Positions 18,894 through 27,805 of a DNA stretch of 64,000 nt are shown piece after piece; the stretch's first letter is position 1; each line of letters starts with the position of its first letter. A program made the translations under genes and the position numbers. Under the pieces are notes generated by a model. It did no database searches. It saw only the letters and a list, made by a program, of their open reading frames with translations, and was not told the DNA's origin. This DNA comes from Brevundimonas sp. (GTDB lineage: Bacteria; Pseudomonadota; Alphaproteobacteria; Caulobacterales; Caulobacteraceae): positions 14,687-78,686 of the forward strand of contig NZ_JAUYNX010000015.1 of the NCBI RefSeq assembly GCF_030704825.1. The letters are read 5' to 3'.

Positions 18894-19859
18894 GTGTCCG
18901 ACAAGAAGGTCCTGTTCGTCACCTCCAACCGCATCGGCGACTGCGTCATATCCTCGGGCGTGATCCGGGAGATCGGCCGGCAGGTCCCGGGGGCGAGGAT
19001 CACCGTCGCCTGCGGCCGGCCGCCGGCGCCCCTGTTCCGCGCCGCGCCGGGCGTCGAACGGGTCATCGTCCTCGACAAGAAGAAGTTCGCCGGTCACTGG
19101 CTGGACCTGTGGAAGCAGGTGGTTGGAGCCCGCTGGGATCTCGTCATCGACATCCGCGGCTCGGCCCTCGGCTATCTGATTCCGGCGAAGCGGCGCGTGA
19201 TCTACAATCGCTCGTGGGAAACCGGGGTGCGCAAGGTCGAGATGGTTTCGCGGCTGATGGGCGCGGCGGCCCCGCTGGATCCCGAGATATTCCTCGATGA
19301 TCAGGCCCGGGCCGAGGCCGCCGCGGTGATCGACCCGCAACTGGCGGCGGGGCCGGGCGCGGGCCCGATCCTCGCCCTGGCCCCGATCGCGCACCAGCCG
19401 GGCAAGAGCTGGCCCGCCGACCGCTGGGGGGAACTGGTGGAGAAGCTGAAGGCGGAGCCGCGCTTCGAGGGCTGGAGGTTCATGCTGGTCGGCGGCCCCG
19501 GGGACCATCCGCCCGCCGCGCCCGCCCTGGCCGCCGCCGGCGAACGCGGCGTCGATTTCGTCGGCAAGGGCGACATCCTCGCCTCGGCGGCGGCGATCGA
19601 TCGCGCGGCCCTGTTCGTCGGCAACGATTCCGGACTGATGCATGTGGCGGCGGCGGCGGGCCGGCCCACCCTGGGTCTGTTCGGACCGACCGAATGGTGG
19701 CTGTACGGACCGTGGGGCCCCCGGACCCGCACCGCGGCTTCCAACGAGACGCGCGGAGAGTTCGCGCCGATCGAGGCGCTGACGACCCAGCGTGTCTTTC
19801 AGGCCGTTATCGAGCTGCACGAGGCCTTCATCGACGCGCCCGCTCCGGGCGAACCTTGA
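18894..19859 (+). CDS. Glycosyltransferase family 9 (heptosyltransferase-like)
   Basis: SNRIGDCV, KSWPADRW, FVGNDSGLMHVAAAAGRPTLGLFGPT. Confidence 0.85.
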   Translation: MSDKKVLFVTSNRIGDCVISSGVIREIGRQVPGARITVACGRPPAPLFRAAPGVERVIVLDKKKFAGHWLDLWKQVVGARWDLVIDIRGSALGYLIPAKRRVIYNRSWETGVRKVEMVSRLMGAAAPLDPEIFLDDQARAEAAAVIDPQLAAGPGAGPILALAPIAHQPGKSWPADRWGELVEKLKAEPRFEGWRFMLVGGPGDHPPAAPALAAAGERGVDFVGKGDILASAAAIDRAALFVGNDSGLMHVAAAAGRPTLGLFGPTEWWLYGPWGPRTRTAASNETRGEFAPIEALTTQRVFQAVIELHEAFIDAPAPGEP

Positions 19860-19972
19860 AGAGACGGGCGTTCGCGGTCATATAGGGCCGCTTGAGGGGA
19901 GCGGCGGCGAGCCGCCGCGCGCTTCACCTCGTCAGACACCCGCCTTTTCGACCACGCAAGGAACCGACGCCC

Positions 19973-20506
19973 ATTCGCCGTCCGATGAACCAGCCGCCCG
20001 TCAAGGACGGGCCGCCCATGAACCACGAAATCCGCGCGCCGCGCGTTCTGCTGATCGATCAGAACGGCGAGAAACAAGGCGTCATGCCGACGTCCGCCGC
20101 GCTGGAAGCGGCCGAAGAGGCCGGCATGGATCTGGTTCAGATCGTCTCGACGTCCGAACCGCCGGTCTGCAAGATCCTCGACTACGGCAAATTCCGCTTC
20201 CAGGAGCAGAAGAAGAAGGCCGAGGCGCGCAAGCGCCAGAAGGTCGTCGAGCTGAAAGAGATCAAGCTCCGCCCGAACATCGACGTCCACGACTATGAGG
20301 TGAAGGCCAAGGCCATGCACCGCTTCTTCGACGAGGGCGACAAGGTCAAGGTGACGCTGCGCTTCCGCGGCCGCGAAATGGCTCACCCCGAACTGGGCAT
20401 GAAGCTGCTCAACAAGGTCCAGGCCGATTTCGAGGAAATCGCCAAGGTCGAGTACGCGCCGCGCATGGAAGGCCGCCAGATGATCATGATCCTCGCGCCG
20501 AAATAA
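19973..20506 (+). CDS. infC: Translation initiation factor IF-3, ATT start
   Basis: [40 protein letters not shown]; in-frame ATT at 19973 ten nt after AAGGA (19958-19962). Confidence 0.93.
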   Translation: MRRPMNQPPVKDGPPMNHEIRAPRVLLIDQNGEKQGVMPTSAALEAAEEAGMDLVQIVSTSEPPVCKILDYGKFRFQEQKKKAEARKRQKVVELKEIKLRPNIDVHDYEVKAKAMHRFFDEGDKVKVTLRFRGREMAHPELGMKLLNKVQADFEEIAKVEYAPRMEGRQMIMILAPK

Positions 20507-20528
20507 CGGTCGCGCGCCATCGACTTCG

Positions 20529-20561
20529 AAAAGCCCCGACCGGAAACGGCCGGGGCTTTTT
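20529..20561 (+). terminator. Intrinsic terminator after infC
   Basis: aaaagccccgaccg-gaaa-cggccggggcttttt. Confidence 0.85.
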
Positions 20562-20635
20562 CTTTTGGCCGCGACCCCTTGCAGCCGGGGCGCAGGGCGA
20601 TGGAAAAGGATACCCGGCAAAGGGGAGTATGCGTC

Positions 20636-22642
20636 GTGTTCAAGTCAGGGGTGAGGGCGTGCGCCCTCGCGGTCGCCGTGCTTTGTTCTTTGGCGAATGG
20701 GGAGGCCTGGGCCCAGAGCCCGGCACCCCCGCCCCCGCCGCTTGAGGCCTATGGCGCGACCCCGGCCATAGAGCTTATCCAGCTGTCGCCCAGCGGCGAG
20801 CTGATCGCCCGCATCACGGTCACGGGCGAGACACGCTCCCTCATCGTCACCCGGATCGCGACCCGCGAGGACCTCTTCGTCGGCGATATCAGCGTCATCA
20901 AGGTCCGGGACCTGCGCTGGATCGGCGAAGGCCGGGTCCTGGTGGTCACCTCGCAAACGCGCAACATCGCCTCGCTCGGGGTGCCGCGGTCAGAGCTGTT
21001 CTTCGGCCAGGTGCTGGACCTTGAGAGACAGAGGGTGGTCCAGGTGCTGGACCGCACGCAGGACGTGCTGCCGGTGCTCTACGGGCCGGCCTCGGTCCGG
21101 AACACCAGCGACGGCGACGCCCTGTTCGTGCGCGGCGTCAGCGTCTCGAATGACCAGGCCAATCTGCACCGCGTCGACCCGGCAACCGGGCGCGGTCGCT
21201 CGGTGGCCTATATGGACAGCACGACCGACGACTATGTGCTGGACGGCGAAGGCAAGGTCATCGCCCTGTCGCGCTACGACGAACGCACCGGCCGCTGGTC
21301 GCTGCGCCTGCCCGCGGGTCAGGGACACCGGGAGGCCTGGACGGTCGATGCGCCCGTGGACACGCCGTCGTTCCACGGCATGGGCCGCGCGCCCCGCACC
21401 ATCGTCATCAGCGCCGACCGGCCGGACCTCGCGTCCGGGGACGCCGATGCAGGGGACGCCGATGCAGGGGACGCCGACGGCGTGTTCGAGGTCAATGTGG
21501 ACACCGGCGAGTGGAGCCGCCTGCCGTTCGGGCGCGACCCGGACTTCCTGGTGCATCACCCGCAGACCCGCCTGCTGATCGGCGGCGGCCGCAATGACGA
21601 GGCCGGCGTCCGGTACGAGTTTCTGGATCCACAGGCCGCGCGGCGGTGGCAGTCCGTCGAGCGGGCCTTCAGGGGCAAGGCCCCGCAACTGGTGTCGTGG
21701 AACGATGCGTTGAGCCAGGTCGTCGTCTTCACCGACACGGGCGACGCGGGCCAGTATCAGTTGGTCGATTTCGGTCGCGGCGCCGCCGACATAGTGGCGG
21801 ACGCCTATCCGGCCATCGCGCCCGAACAGGTGGGCGCGGTGCGGTCCATCCACTACGCCGCCGGGGACGGTTTGGACATTTCCGGCCACCTGACCCTGCC
21901 GCCGGGGGTGTCCGAACCTTCAGGTCTGCCGCTGGTGGTCCTGGCGCACGGAGGGCCGGCGGCCCGGGACGTAGCGGGGTTCGACTGGTGGGCCCAGGCG
22001 CTGGCCTCGCGGGGCTATGCGGTGCTGCAGGCCAATTTCCGGGGTTCGACCGGCTACGGCCGCGCCTTCCTCGAGGCGGGGTATGGCGAATGGGGCCGCA
22101 AGATGCAGACTGACCTGTCCGACGGCGTCCGCTGGCTGGCCGCTGAAGGCGTCATCGACCCCGCCCGTGTCTGCATCGTCGGCGCCAGCTACGGCGGCTA
22201 TGCGGCGATGGCGGGTCTGACCCTCGACAGCGACGTCTATCGTTGCGGCGTATCAGTCGGCGGCGTGTCGGACCTGCGCCGCATGGTCAACTGGGAGGCG
22301 GAGCAATCGCGCCACAAGAACAATCAGACCGTCCGGTACTGGAACCGGTTCATGGGGGCGGCGCGCCTCAATGACCGGTCCCTGGACGCCCTGTCCCCGG
22401 CCTGGCTCGCTGCCTCGGTCGACAGCCCCCTGCTGTTGATCCACGGCAGGGACGATACGGTGGTGCCCATCGAACAGAGCCGGGTCATGGCCGAGGCCCT
22501 GCGTCGGGCCGGCAAGCCTGTCGAGTTCGTGGAGTTGCCGGGCGAGGATCATTGGCTGTCGCGGTCCGCGACGCGCCGGCAGATGCTGGTCGAGACGGTT
22601 CGTTTCCTCGAGGCGAACAATCCGGCGGGCCGGGCGGACTGA
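20636..22642 (+). CDS. Secreted S9-family (prolyl oligopeptidase/dipeptidyl peptidase-like) peptidase
   Basis: GTG 20636 after GGGGAG SD; signal peptide ending AWA; HGGP, ANFRGSTGYG, GASYGG (Ser), HGRDD (Asp), EDH (His). Confidence 0.85.
   Translation: MFKSGVRACALAVAVLCSLANGEAWAQSPAPPPPPLEAYGATPAIELIQLSPSGELIARITVTGETRSLIVTRIATREDLFVGDISVIKVRDLRWIGEGRVLVVTSQTRNIASLGVPRSELFFGQVLDLERQRVVQVLDRTQDVLPVLYGPASVRNTSDGDALFVRGVSVSNDQANLHRVDPATGRGRSVAYMDSTTDDYVLDGEGKVIALSRYDERTGRWSLRLPAGQGHREAWTVDAPVDTPSFHGMGRAPRTIVISADRPDLASGDADAGDADAGDADGVFEVNVDTGEWSRLPFGRDPDFLVHHPQTRLLIGGGRNDEAGVRYEFLDPQAARRWQSVERAFRGKAPQLVSWNDALSQVVVFTDTGDAGQYQLVDFGRGAADIVADAYPAIAPEQVGAVRSIHYAAGDGLDISGHLTLPPGVSEPSGLPLVVLAHGGPAARDVAGFDWWAQALASRGYAVLQANFRGSTGYGRAFLEAGYGEWGRKMQTDLSDGVRWLAAEGVIDPARVCIVGASYGGYAAMAGLTLDSDVYRCGVSVGGVSDLRRMVNWEAEQSRHKNNQTVRYWNRFMGAARLNDRSLDALSPAWLAASVDSPLLLIHGRDDTVVPIEQSRVMAEALRRAGKPVEFVELPGEDHWLSRSATRRQMLVETVRFLEANNPAGRAD
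21437..21477 (+). repeat. In-frame 15 bp tandem repeat (x2.7) encoding GDADA
   Basis: ggggacgccgatgca ggggacgccgatgca ggggacgccga. Confidence 0.9.
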
Positions 22643-22727
22643 CAGGCGACGATGGGAGAAGACCGCGCCTTGCGCCCCCGCGCGATCTGACTGACACAGG
22701 GGCCGCCTCCCGCCAGAGTAACGCCCC

Positions 22728-23978
22728 GTGACGTCAGCCTCCTCCCCCCAGCCCCCGTCGCGATCGGCGCTGTTCGTCCTGTTCGGGGTGGTCTTCATCA
22801 ACCTCGTCGGCTTCGGCATTGTCATTCCGTTGCTGCCCTTCTACGGCCAGACGCTGGACGCCCCGCCGTGGCAGGTGGCGCTGATGTTCTCGGCCTATTC
22901 GCTGGGCCAGTTCGTCGCCGAGCCCTTCTGGGGACGGCTGTCGGATCGCATCGGTCGCAAGCCGGTGCTGATGATCACCATCCTGTGCAACGCGGCCGGC
23001 TATCTGGCCCTCGCCTTCGTGCCCAACATCTGGCTGGCCATCGTGGTGCGGCTGTTCACGGGCATGGGCGCGGGCAATATCTCGACCGCCCAAGGCTATG
23101 TGGCGGACGTGACCCCGCCGGAACTGCGCGCCGGCCGGATGGGATTGATCGGCGCCGCCTTCGGCCTCGGCTTCATCTTCGGCCCGGCGATCGGCGGACT
23201 GCTGACCCGGCCGGATCTGGGGACGCTGGGCTACCAGCTGCCGATCTTCACCGCCTCCGGCCTCTGCGTCCTGGCCGCCGTCGGCGTCGCCGTCCTGCTG
23301 AAGGAGAGCCGGGTCAAGGCGGACCCCGCCGTGGCCCGCCCGCCCTTCCTCGGCGGGGTGCATGACGCCGTATCCAACCCGGTGGTGTCGCGCGTGCTGC
23401 TGGTAACCCTGATCTATATGGCGGGCTTCTCCGGCATGGAGTCGACCTTCGGCTTCTGGACCGAGGCGCGCTACGGCTGGACCGCGCGCGAGGTCGGCCT
23501 GTGCTTCATGGCCGTGGGGATTGTCTCGGTCATCTGTCAGGGCTTTCTGGCCGGACGGCTGGCCCGGCGCTTCGGCGAGGCGCGGGTTCTCGCCGTCGGC
23601 TGCCTGGTCTTCGGCGCCGGCCTGGCGGGCCAGGTGGTCGCCAGCCGCCTGCTGCCCGACGCCGACTGGCTGGTGCCGGTGATCATGGCGGCCGGCGCCT
23701 TCGGCATGGCTGTGACCATGCCCAACATCTCGGCCCTGATCTCGCGCTCCGTCGACCCCGACCGCCAGGGCGCCATGCTGGGGCTGAACATGGCCTCCAG
23801 CTCGATCGCACGGATCTTCGGCCCCATGATCGCCGGAGCCATCTTCTCGCAGGTCGGCCACGACTGGCCCTTCCTGATCGGCGCGGCCCTGACGATTCCC
23901 GCGGCGGTGATGGCGATCAACGCCGGCCGGGCCTTCAAACGGCGACAGGCCGCGCCGGTCCCCGCCGTCGCCGAGTAG
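22728..23978 (+). CDS. MFS transporter, DHA1/TetA-like
   Basis: Motif A GRLSDRIGRKP; motif C GFIFGPAIGG; about 12 hydrophobic segments. Confidence 0.85.
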   Translation: MTSASSPQPPSRSALFVLFGVVFINLVGFGIVIPLLPFYGQTLDAPPWQVALMFSAYSLGQFVAEPFWGRLSDRIGRKPVLMITILCNAAGYLALAFVPNIWLAIVVRLFTGMGAGNISTAQGYVADVTPPELRAGRMGLIGAAFGLGFIFGPAIGGLLTRPDLGTLGYQLPIFTASGLCVLAAVGVAVLLKESRVKADPAVARPPFLGGVHDAVSNPVVSRVLLVTLIYMAGFSGMESTFGFWTEARYGWTAREVGLCFMAVGIVSVICQGFLAGRLARRFGEARVLAVGCLVFGAGLAGQVVASRLLPDADWLVPVIMAAGAFGMAVTMPNISALISRSVDPDRQGAMLGLNMASSSIARIFGPMIAGAIFSQVGHDWPFLIGAALTIPAAVMAINAGRAFKRRQAAPVPAVAE

Positions 23979-24138
23979 CGCCGCCCTTGCTTTCCCGCGC
24001 CGGCTGGCCTAGAAGCCGCGCCTTCGCGTACCGAACCGCCGGGCTAACAGGCATGCCTGGGCGGTTCTCATCAGGGTTTCCAATCCGACGGCTCCAAAGG
24101 CCGGAAGAAGCGGCAACCCACTCAAACAGAGAGTGAAA

Positions 24139-24336
24139 ATGCCGAAACTCAAGACGAAGTCGGGCGCCAAGAAGCGCTTCAAATTCACGGCGACTGGCAA
24201 GGTGAAAGCCGGCGTGGCGGGCAAGCGGCACCGCTTGATCAGCCACAACAGCAAATACATCCGCCAGAACCGCGGCACCTCGGTCATGGCCGACGCCGAC
24301 GCCAAGAAGATCAAGTCCTACATGCCGTACGCCTGA
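24139..24336 (+). CDS. rpmI: 50S ribosomal protein L35
   Basis: [23 protein letters not shown]...KRH. Confidence 0.97.
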   Translation: MPKLKTKSGAKKRFKFTATGKVKAGVAGKRHRLISHNSKYIRQNRGTSVMADADAKKIKSYMPYA

Positions 24337-24390
24337 TCGGCGCGCAGCATTTCGACCTGATCTCCACCCAGAATTTGAAAGGATAGCGAC

Positions 24391-24750
24391 ATGGCTCGCG
24401 TCAAACGCGGCGTAGTTTCCCACGCCAGACACAAGAAGGTTCTCAAGCAGGCCAAGGGTTTCTACGGCCGCCGCAAGAACACCATCCGCACGGCCAAGGC
24501 CGCGGTCGACCGCGCCGGGCAGTACGCCTACCGCGACCGCCGCAACAAGAAGCGCTCGTTCCGCGCCCTGTGGATCCAGCGCATCAACGCCGCCGCGCGT
24601 CTGGAAGGCTTCACCTATTCGCAGTTCATGCACGGGCTCGGCGAGGCCGGCATCGAGCTGGACCGCAAGGTCCTGGCCGCGATGGCCGCCGACGAGGCCG
24701 CCTTCAAGGCCGTGGCCGACAAGGTCCGGGACGCCCTGAAGACCGCCTGA
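24391..24750 (+). CDS. rplT: 50S ribosomal protein L20
   Basis: MARVKRGV...AKGFYG...[24 protein letters not shown]. Confidence 0.98.
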   Translation: MARVKRGVVSHARHKKVLKQAKGFYGRRKNTIRTAKAAVDRAGQYAYRDRRNKKRSFRALWIQRINAAARLEGFTYSQFMHGLGEAGIELDRKVLAAMAADEAAFKAVADKVRDALKTA

Positions 24751-24776
24751 CGGCGATCGCGGGACACAGACTGTCG

Positions 24777-24810
24777 AAACGCCCGTTCCGGTCGCCGGAG
24801 CGGGCGTTTT
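24777..24810 (+). terminator. Intrinsic terminator after rplT
   Basis: aaacgcccgttccgg-tcg-ccggagcgggcgtttt. Confidence 0.85.
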
Positions 24811-24849
24811 CGTTTGCGGCCCGGGGGGAGAGGCTGCCAGGCTGCGCCC

Positions 24850-25794
24850 ATGATCGCTCTTCGCCTCGCCGGCCTGGCCCTGGCCGCCGCCCTGTTCGCC
24901 TCTCCGGCCACGGCCGGGCCGCGCGCCGTCGCCGTCACCTTCGACGACCTGCCCTACCAGGCCCCGGACGCCGTGCTGTGCGATCCGGAACAGGCCATGG
25001 CCCTGACCGAGGATTTCGTGGCCATGCTGAGGCCGCTCGACACCCGGGCGACCGTCTTCGTCAATGAAGGCAAGGTCTGCGACGAACGCCGCGCCGACCT
25101 GCTGCCCGCCCTGCTCAACGTCTGGCTCGACGCCGGGCTGGACATGGGCAACCACACCTTCAGCCACATCAACATCCATCGGACCACGGTCGAGGCGTAT
25201 CTGGCGGATGTGGACGCCGGCGCGCCCGTCAGCCGGGCGGCGCTCGCGGCGCGGGGCCGGCCGCTGCGATTCTTCCGCCACCCCTATCTGTTCACGGGCG
25301 AGACGCCGGAGAAGAAGGCCGCCATCGCCGCCGGTCTGGCGGAACGGGGCTATACCGTCGCGCCGGTGACGATCGACAACAGCGACTGGATGTTCGCGGC
25401 CGTCTATCGCCAGGCCGAGGCGGCGGGCGACGAAGCGCTGTCGGCCCGCATCGGCGATGCCTACGTGGCCTATATGGCGGCGATGCTGGACCACTGGGAG
25501 CCGTACAGCGCCGAACTGACCGGCGGTCGCGAGCCGGCCCAGGTGCTTTTACTTCACGCCAATTCGCTGAACCGCGACTGGTATCCGCGCATCCACGCCC
25601 TCTACCTCGATCGCGGCTATCGCTTCGTGACGCTGGACGAGGCGCTGGCCGACCCGATCTACGGCCATGCCGACGACTGGGTGCGGGCCAACGGCGTCTC
25701 ATGGCTGCATCGCTGGACCTTGAGCGAGGGGCGGCCGGTCCGCTGGGAGCCGGAGCCGCCGGCCTGGATCGCCGAGGCCTACGCCGCCCTCTAG
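24850..25794 (+). CDS. Secreted polysaccharide deacetylase (CE4/NodB)
   Basis: Signal peptide; TFDD, NHTFSH, FRHPYL and LLLH CE4 motifs. Confidence 0.85.
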   Translation: MIALRLAGLALAAALFASPATAGPRAVAVTFDDLPYQAPDAVLCDPEQAMALTEDFVAMLRPLDTRATVFVNEGKVCDERRADLLPALLNVWLDAGLDMGNHTFSHINIHRTTVEAYLADVDAGAPVSRAALAARGRPLRFFRHPYLFTGETPEKKAAIAAGLAERGYTVAPVTIDNSDWMFAAVYRQAEAAGDEALSARIGDAYVAYMAAMLDHWEPYSAELTGGREPAQVLLLHANSLNRDWYPRIHALYLDRGYRFVTLDEALADPIYGHADDWVRANGVSWLHRWTLSEGRPVRWEPEPPAWIAEAYAAL

Positions 25795-25797
25795 CCC

Positions 25798-26223
25798 TCA
25801 GGCAAACGTCTCGGCCTCATTCCGTCTCCCGGTTCGCGCGAGGTCGCCGCGCAGCACGGCCAGAACGCCGATCCAGCCGTAGAGCACGGCCGGCGAGGTG
25901 ACGGCGGCCAGCGCCATCAGCCCGCCGGTAACCGCCACGCCCAGCCAGGCCGGCCAACCGATGTCGCGCGCCCGGCGCGTTACAAGGGCGGTCCAGCCCC
26001 AGAACCAGGCGACCACGACGAGAAGCACCAACAGGGTGAGAAGCAGGCCCACCAGGAGCGCGCCCTCGCGCGACGGGCCGCCCATCAGTACGGGAATGGC
26101 CGGAATCAGGGCCATGGAGAAGGCCATCGGACCGATGCTGAGCAGGGCGGCCGCGCCGATGAATTCCCGGCGGTTGCTCCGACCCCTGTACCCCAGCATG
26201 CGGGGACTCCTGTGCGGTGCCAT
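25798..26223 (-). CDS. Small membrane protein, DUF805-like
   Basis: YRGRSNRREF N-terminus, RRARDIGW motif, 3-4 hydrophobic segments. Confidence 0.6.
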   Translation of the reverse strand: MAPHRSPRMLGYRGRSNRREFIGAAALLSIGPMAFSMALIPAIPVLMGGPSREGALLVGLLLTLLVLLVVVAWFWGWTALVTRRARDIGWPAWLGVAVTGGLMALAAVTSPAVLYGWIGVLAVLRGDLARTGRRNEAETFA

Positions 26224-26316
26224 GGTCGGCGGACCGGGTTCAGAATTCCCTGTCGAACATCCTTAAGCACGGCACGGGATGACGAACCGCGCGCGGGCCG
26301 CTAGACGACTGCGACC

Positions 26317-27405
26317 ATGCCAAATCCTGACCCGGGCCTCGCCCAGCTCGAACTCGACCTGATCAACGCCATCGGCTCGTCGGAGACCGCCGCGGCGGTC
26401 GAGGAGCTGCGCGTCGCCGCCCTCGGCAAGTCCGGCTCCATCTCCGGCCTGCTCAAGGGCATGGGCGCCCTGTCGCCGGACGAGCGCCGCGAGCAGGGGC
26501 CGATGATCAACGGCCTGCGCGACCGGGTGTCGGCGGCGCTGGCGGCCCGCAAGGCGGAACTGGAAGGCGCCGAGCTGGACGCCCGCCTCAAGGCCGAGCA
26601 CGTCGACCTGACCCTGCCGTCCCGCCCGCGCCGCGCCGGCTCGGTGCACCCGACCATGCAGGTGATGGACGAGATGATCGCCCTGTTCGCCGAGATGGGT
26701 TTCGCCGTCGCCGAAGGGCCGGACATCGAGGACGACTTCCACAATTTCACCGCCCTGAACTTCCCGCCCAAACATCCGGCGCGGGAGATGCACGACACCT
26801 TCTTCCTCAAGCCCGACCCGGAGACCGGCGAGCGCAAGGTGCTGCGCACCCACACCAGCCCGGTGCAGGTGCGGACCATGATGACGCAGAAGCCGCCGAT
26901 CCGGATCATCGCCCCGGGCCGGACCTTCCGGAAGGATTCCGACGCCACCCACACCCCGATGTTCCACCAGGTCGAAGGGCTGGTCATCGATCGCGACATC
27001 CACATGGGCCATCTGAAGTGGACGCTGGAGACCTTCGTCGCCCGTTTCTTCGAGGTCGACGACGTCGACGCCCGCTTCCGTCCGCACCATTTCCCGTTCA
27101 CCGAACCCTCGGCCGAGATGGACATCCGCTGCGACCGCTCGGGCGGCGAGCTGAAGCTGAACCAGGGCGACAGCTGGATGGAGATCCTGGGCTGCGGCAT
27201 GGTCCATCCGAACGTGCTCCGGAACTGCGGCATCGATCCGGACGAATTCCAGGGCTTCGCCTTCGGCATGGGCGTCGACCGCCTGGCCATGCTGAAATAC
27301 GGCATCCCGGACCTGCGCCCGATGTTCGAGGCCGACACCCGCTGGCTGGCCCACTACGGCTTCTCCGCCTTCGCCGCCCCCAATCCCGCCAGCGGTCTGA
27401 GTTGA
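26317..27405 (+). CDS. pheS: Phenylalanyl-tRNA synthetase alpha subunit
   Basis: [45 protein letters not shown]. Confidence 0.97.
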   Translation: MPNPDPGLAQLELDLINAIGSSETAAAVEELRVAALGKSGSISGLLKGMGALSPDERREQGPMINGLRDRVSAALAARKAELEGAELDARLKAEHVDLTLPSRPRRAGSVHPTMQVMDEMIALFAEMGFAVAEGPDIEDDFHNFTALNFPPKHPAREMHDTFFLKPDPETGERKVLRTHTSPVQVRTMMTQKPPIRIIAPGRTFRKDSDATHTPMFHQVEGLVIDRDIHMGHLKWTLETFVARFFEVDDVDARFRPHHFPFTEPSAEMDIRCDRSGGELKLNQGDSWMEILGCGMVHPNVLRNCGIDPDEFQGFAFGMGVDRLAMLKYGIPDLRPMFEADTRWLAHYGFSAFAAPNPASGLS

Positions 27406-27412
27406 GCCGCCG

Positions 27413-27805
27413 ATGACCGACCCCGGCCAATACATGCCCTGGCGCCCGCTCGGCGACGGCCCGACCTATGAGCAGGAACAGATCTGGCTGCCCCAGCTGA
27501 TCGCGCAGACCATGAGCGCCGGAAGCCCGATGATCGAGGGCAAGACCTTCATCGCCTGCCGGATCGAGGGACCGGCCGTCCTGCTGGCCGTCGACGGCTG
27601 CGAATTCGACGGTTGCGACATGGGAGTCACCGGCGGCGACGTGCGCAATCTTCTGCTGCGTCCGATGGGGCCCCAGAAGGTCGTCGGCGCCATCGCCTTT
27701 CGCAACTGCGTGTTTCGCCGCTGCGCCTTCTTCTCGGTCGGCTTCACGGGAAGCCCGGCCTTCCTCGATAGTTTTCTGACCATTCCCGGAGGCAGGACCT
27801 CGTGA
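27413..27805 (+). CDS. Cys-rich hypothetical protein inside the pheS-pheT operon
   Basis: 130 aa ORF 7 nt after pheS, stop overlaps the pheT GTG; repeated FxxCxF pattern. Confidence 0.75.
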   Translation: MTDPGQYMPWRPLGDGPTYEQEQIWLPQLIAQTMSAGSPMIEGKTFIACRIEGPAVLLAVDGCEFDGCDMGVTGGDVRNLLLRPMGPQKVVGAIAFRNCVFRRCAFFSVGFTGSPAFLDSFLTIPGGRTS

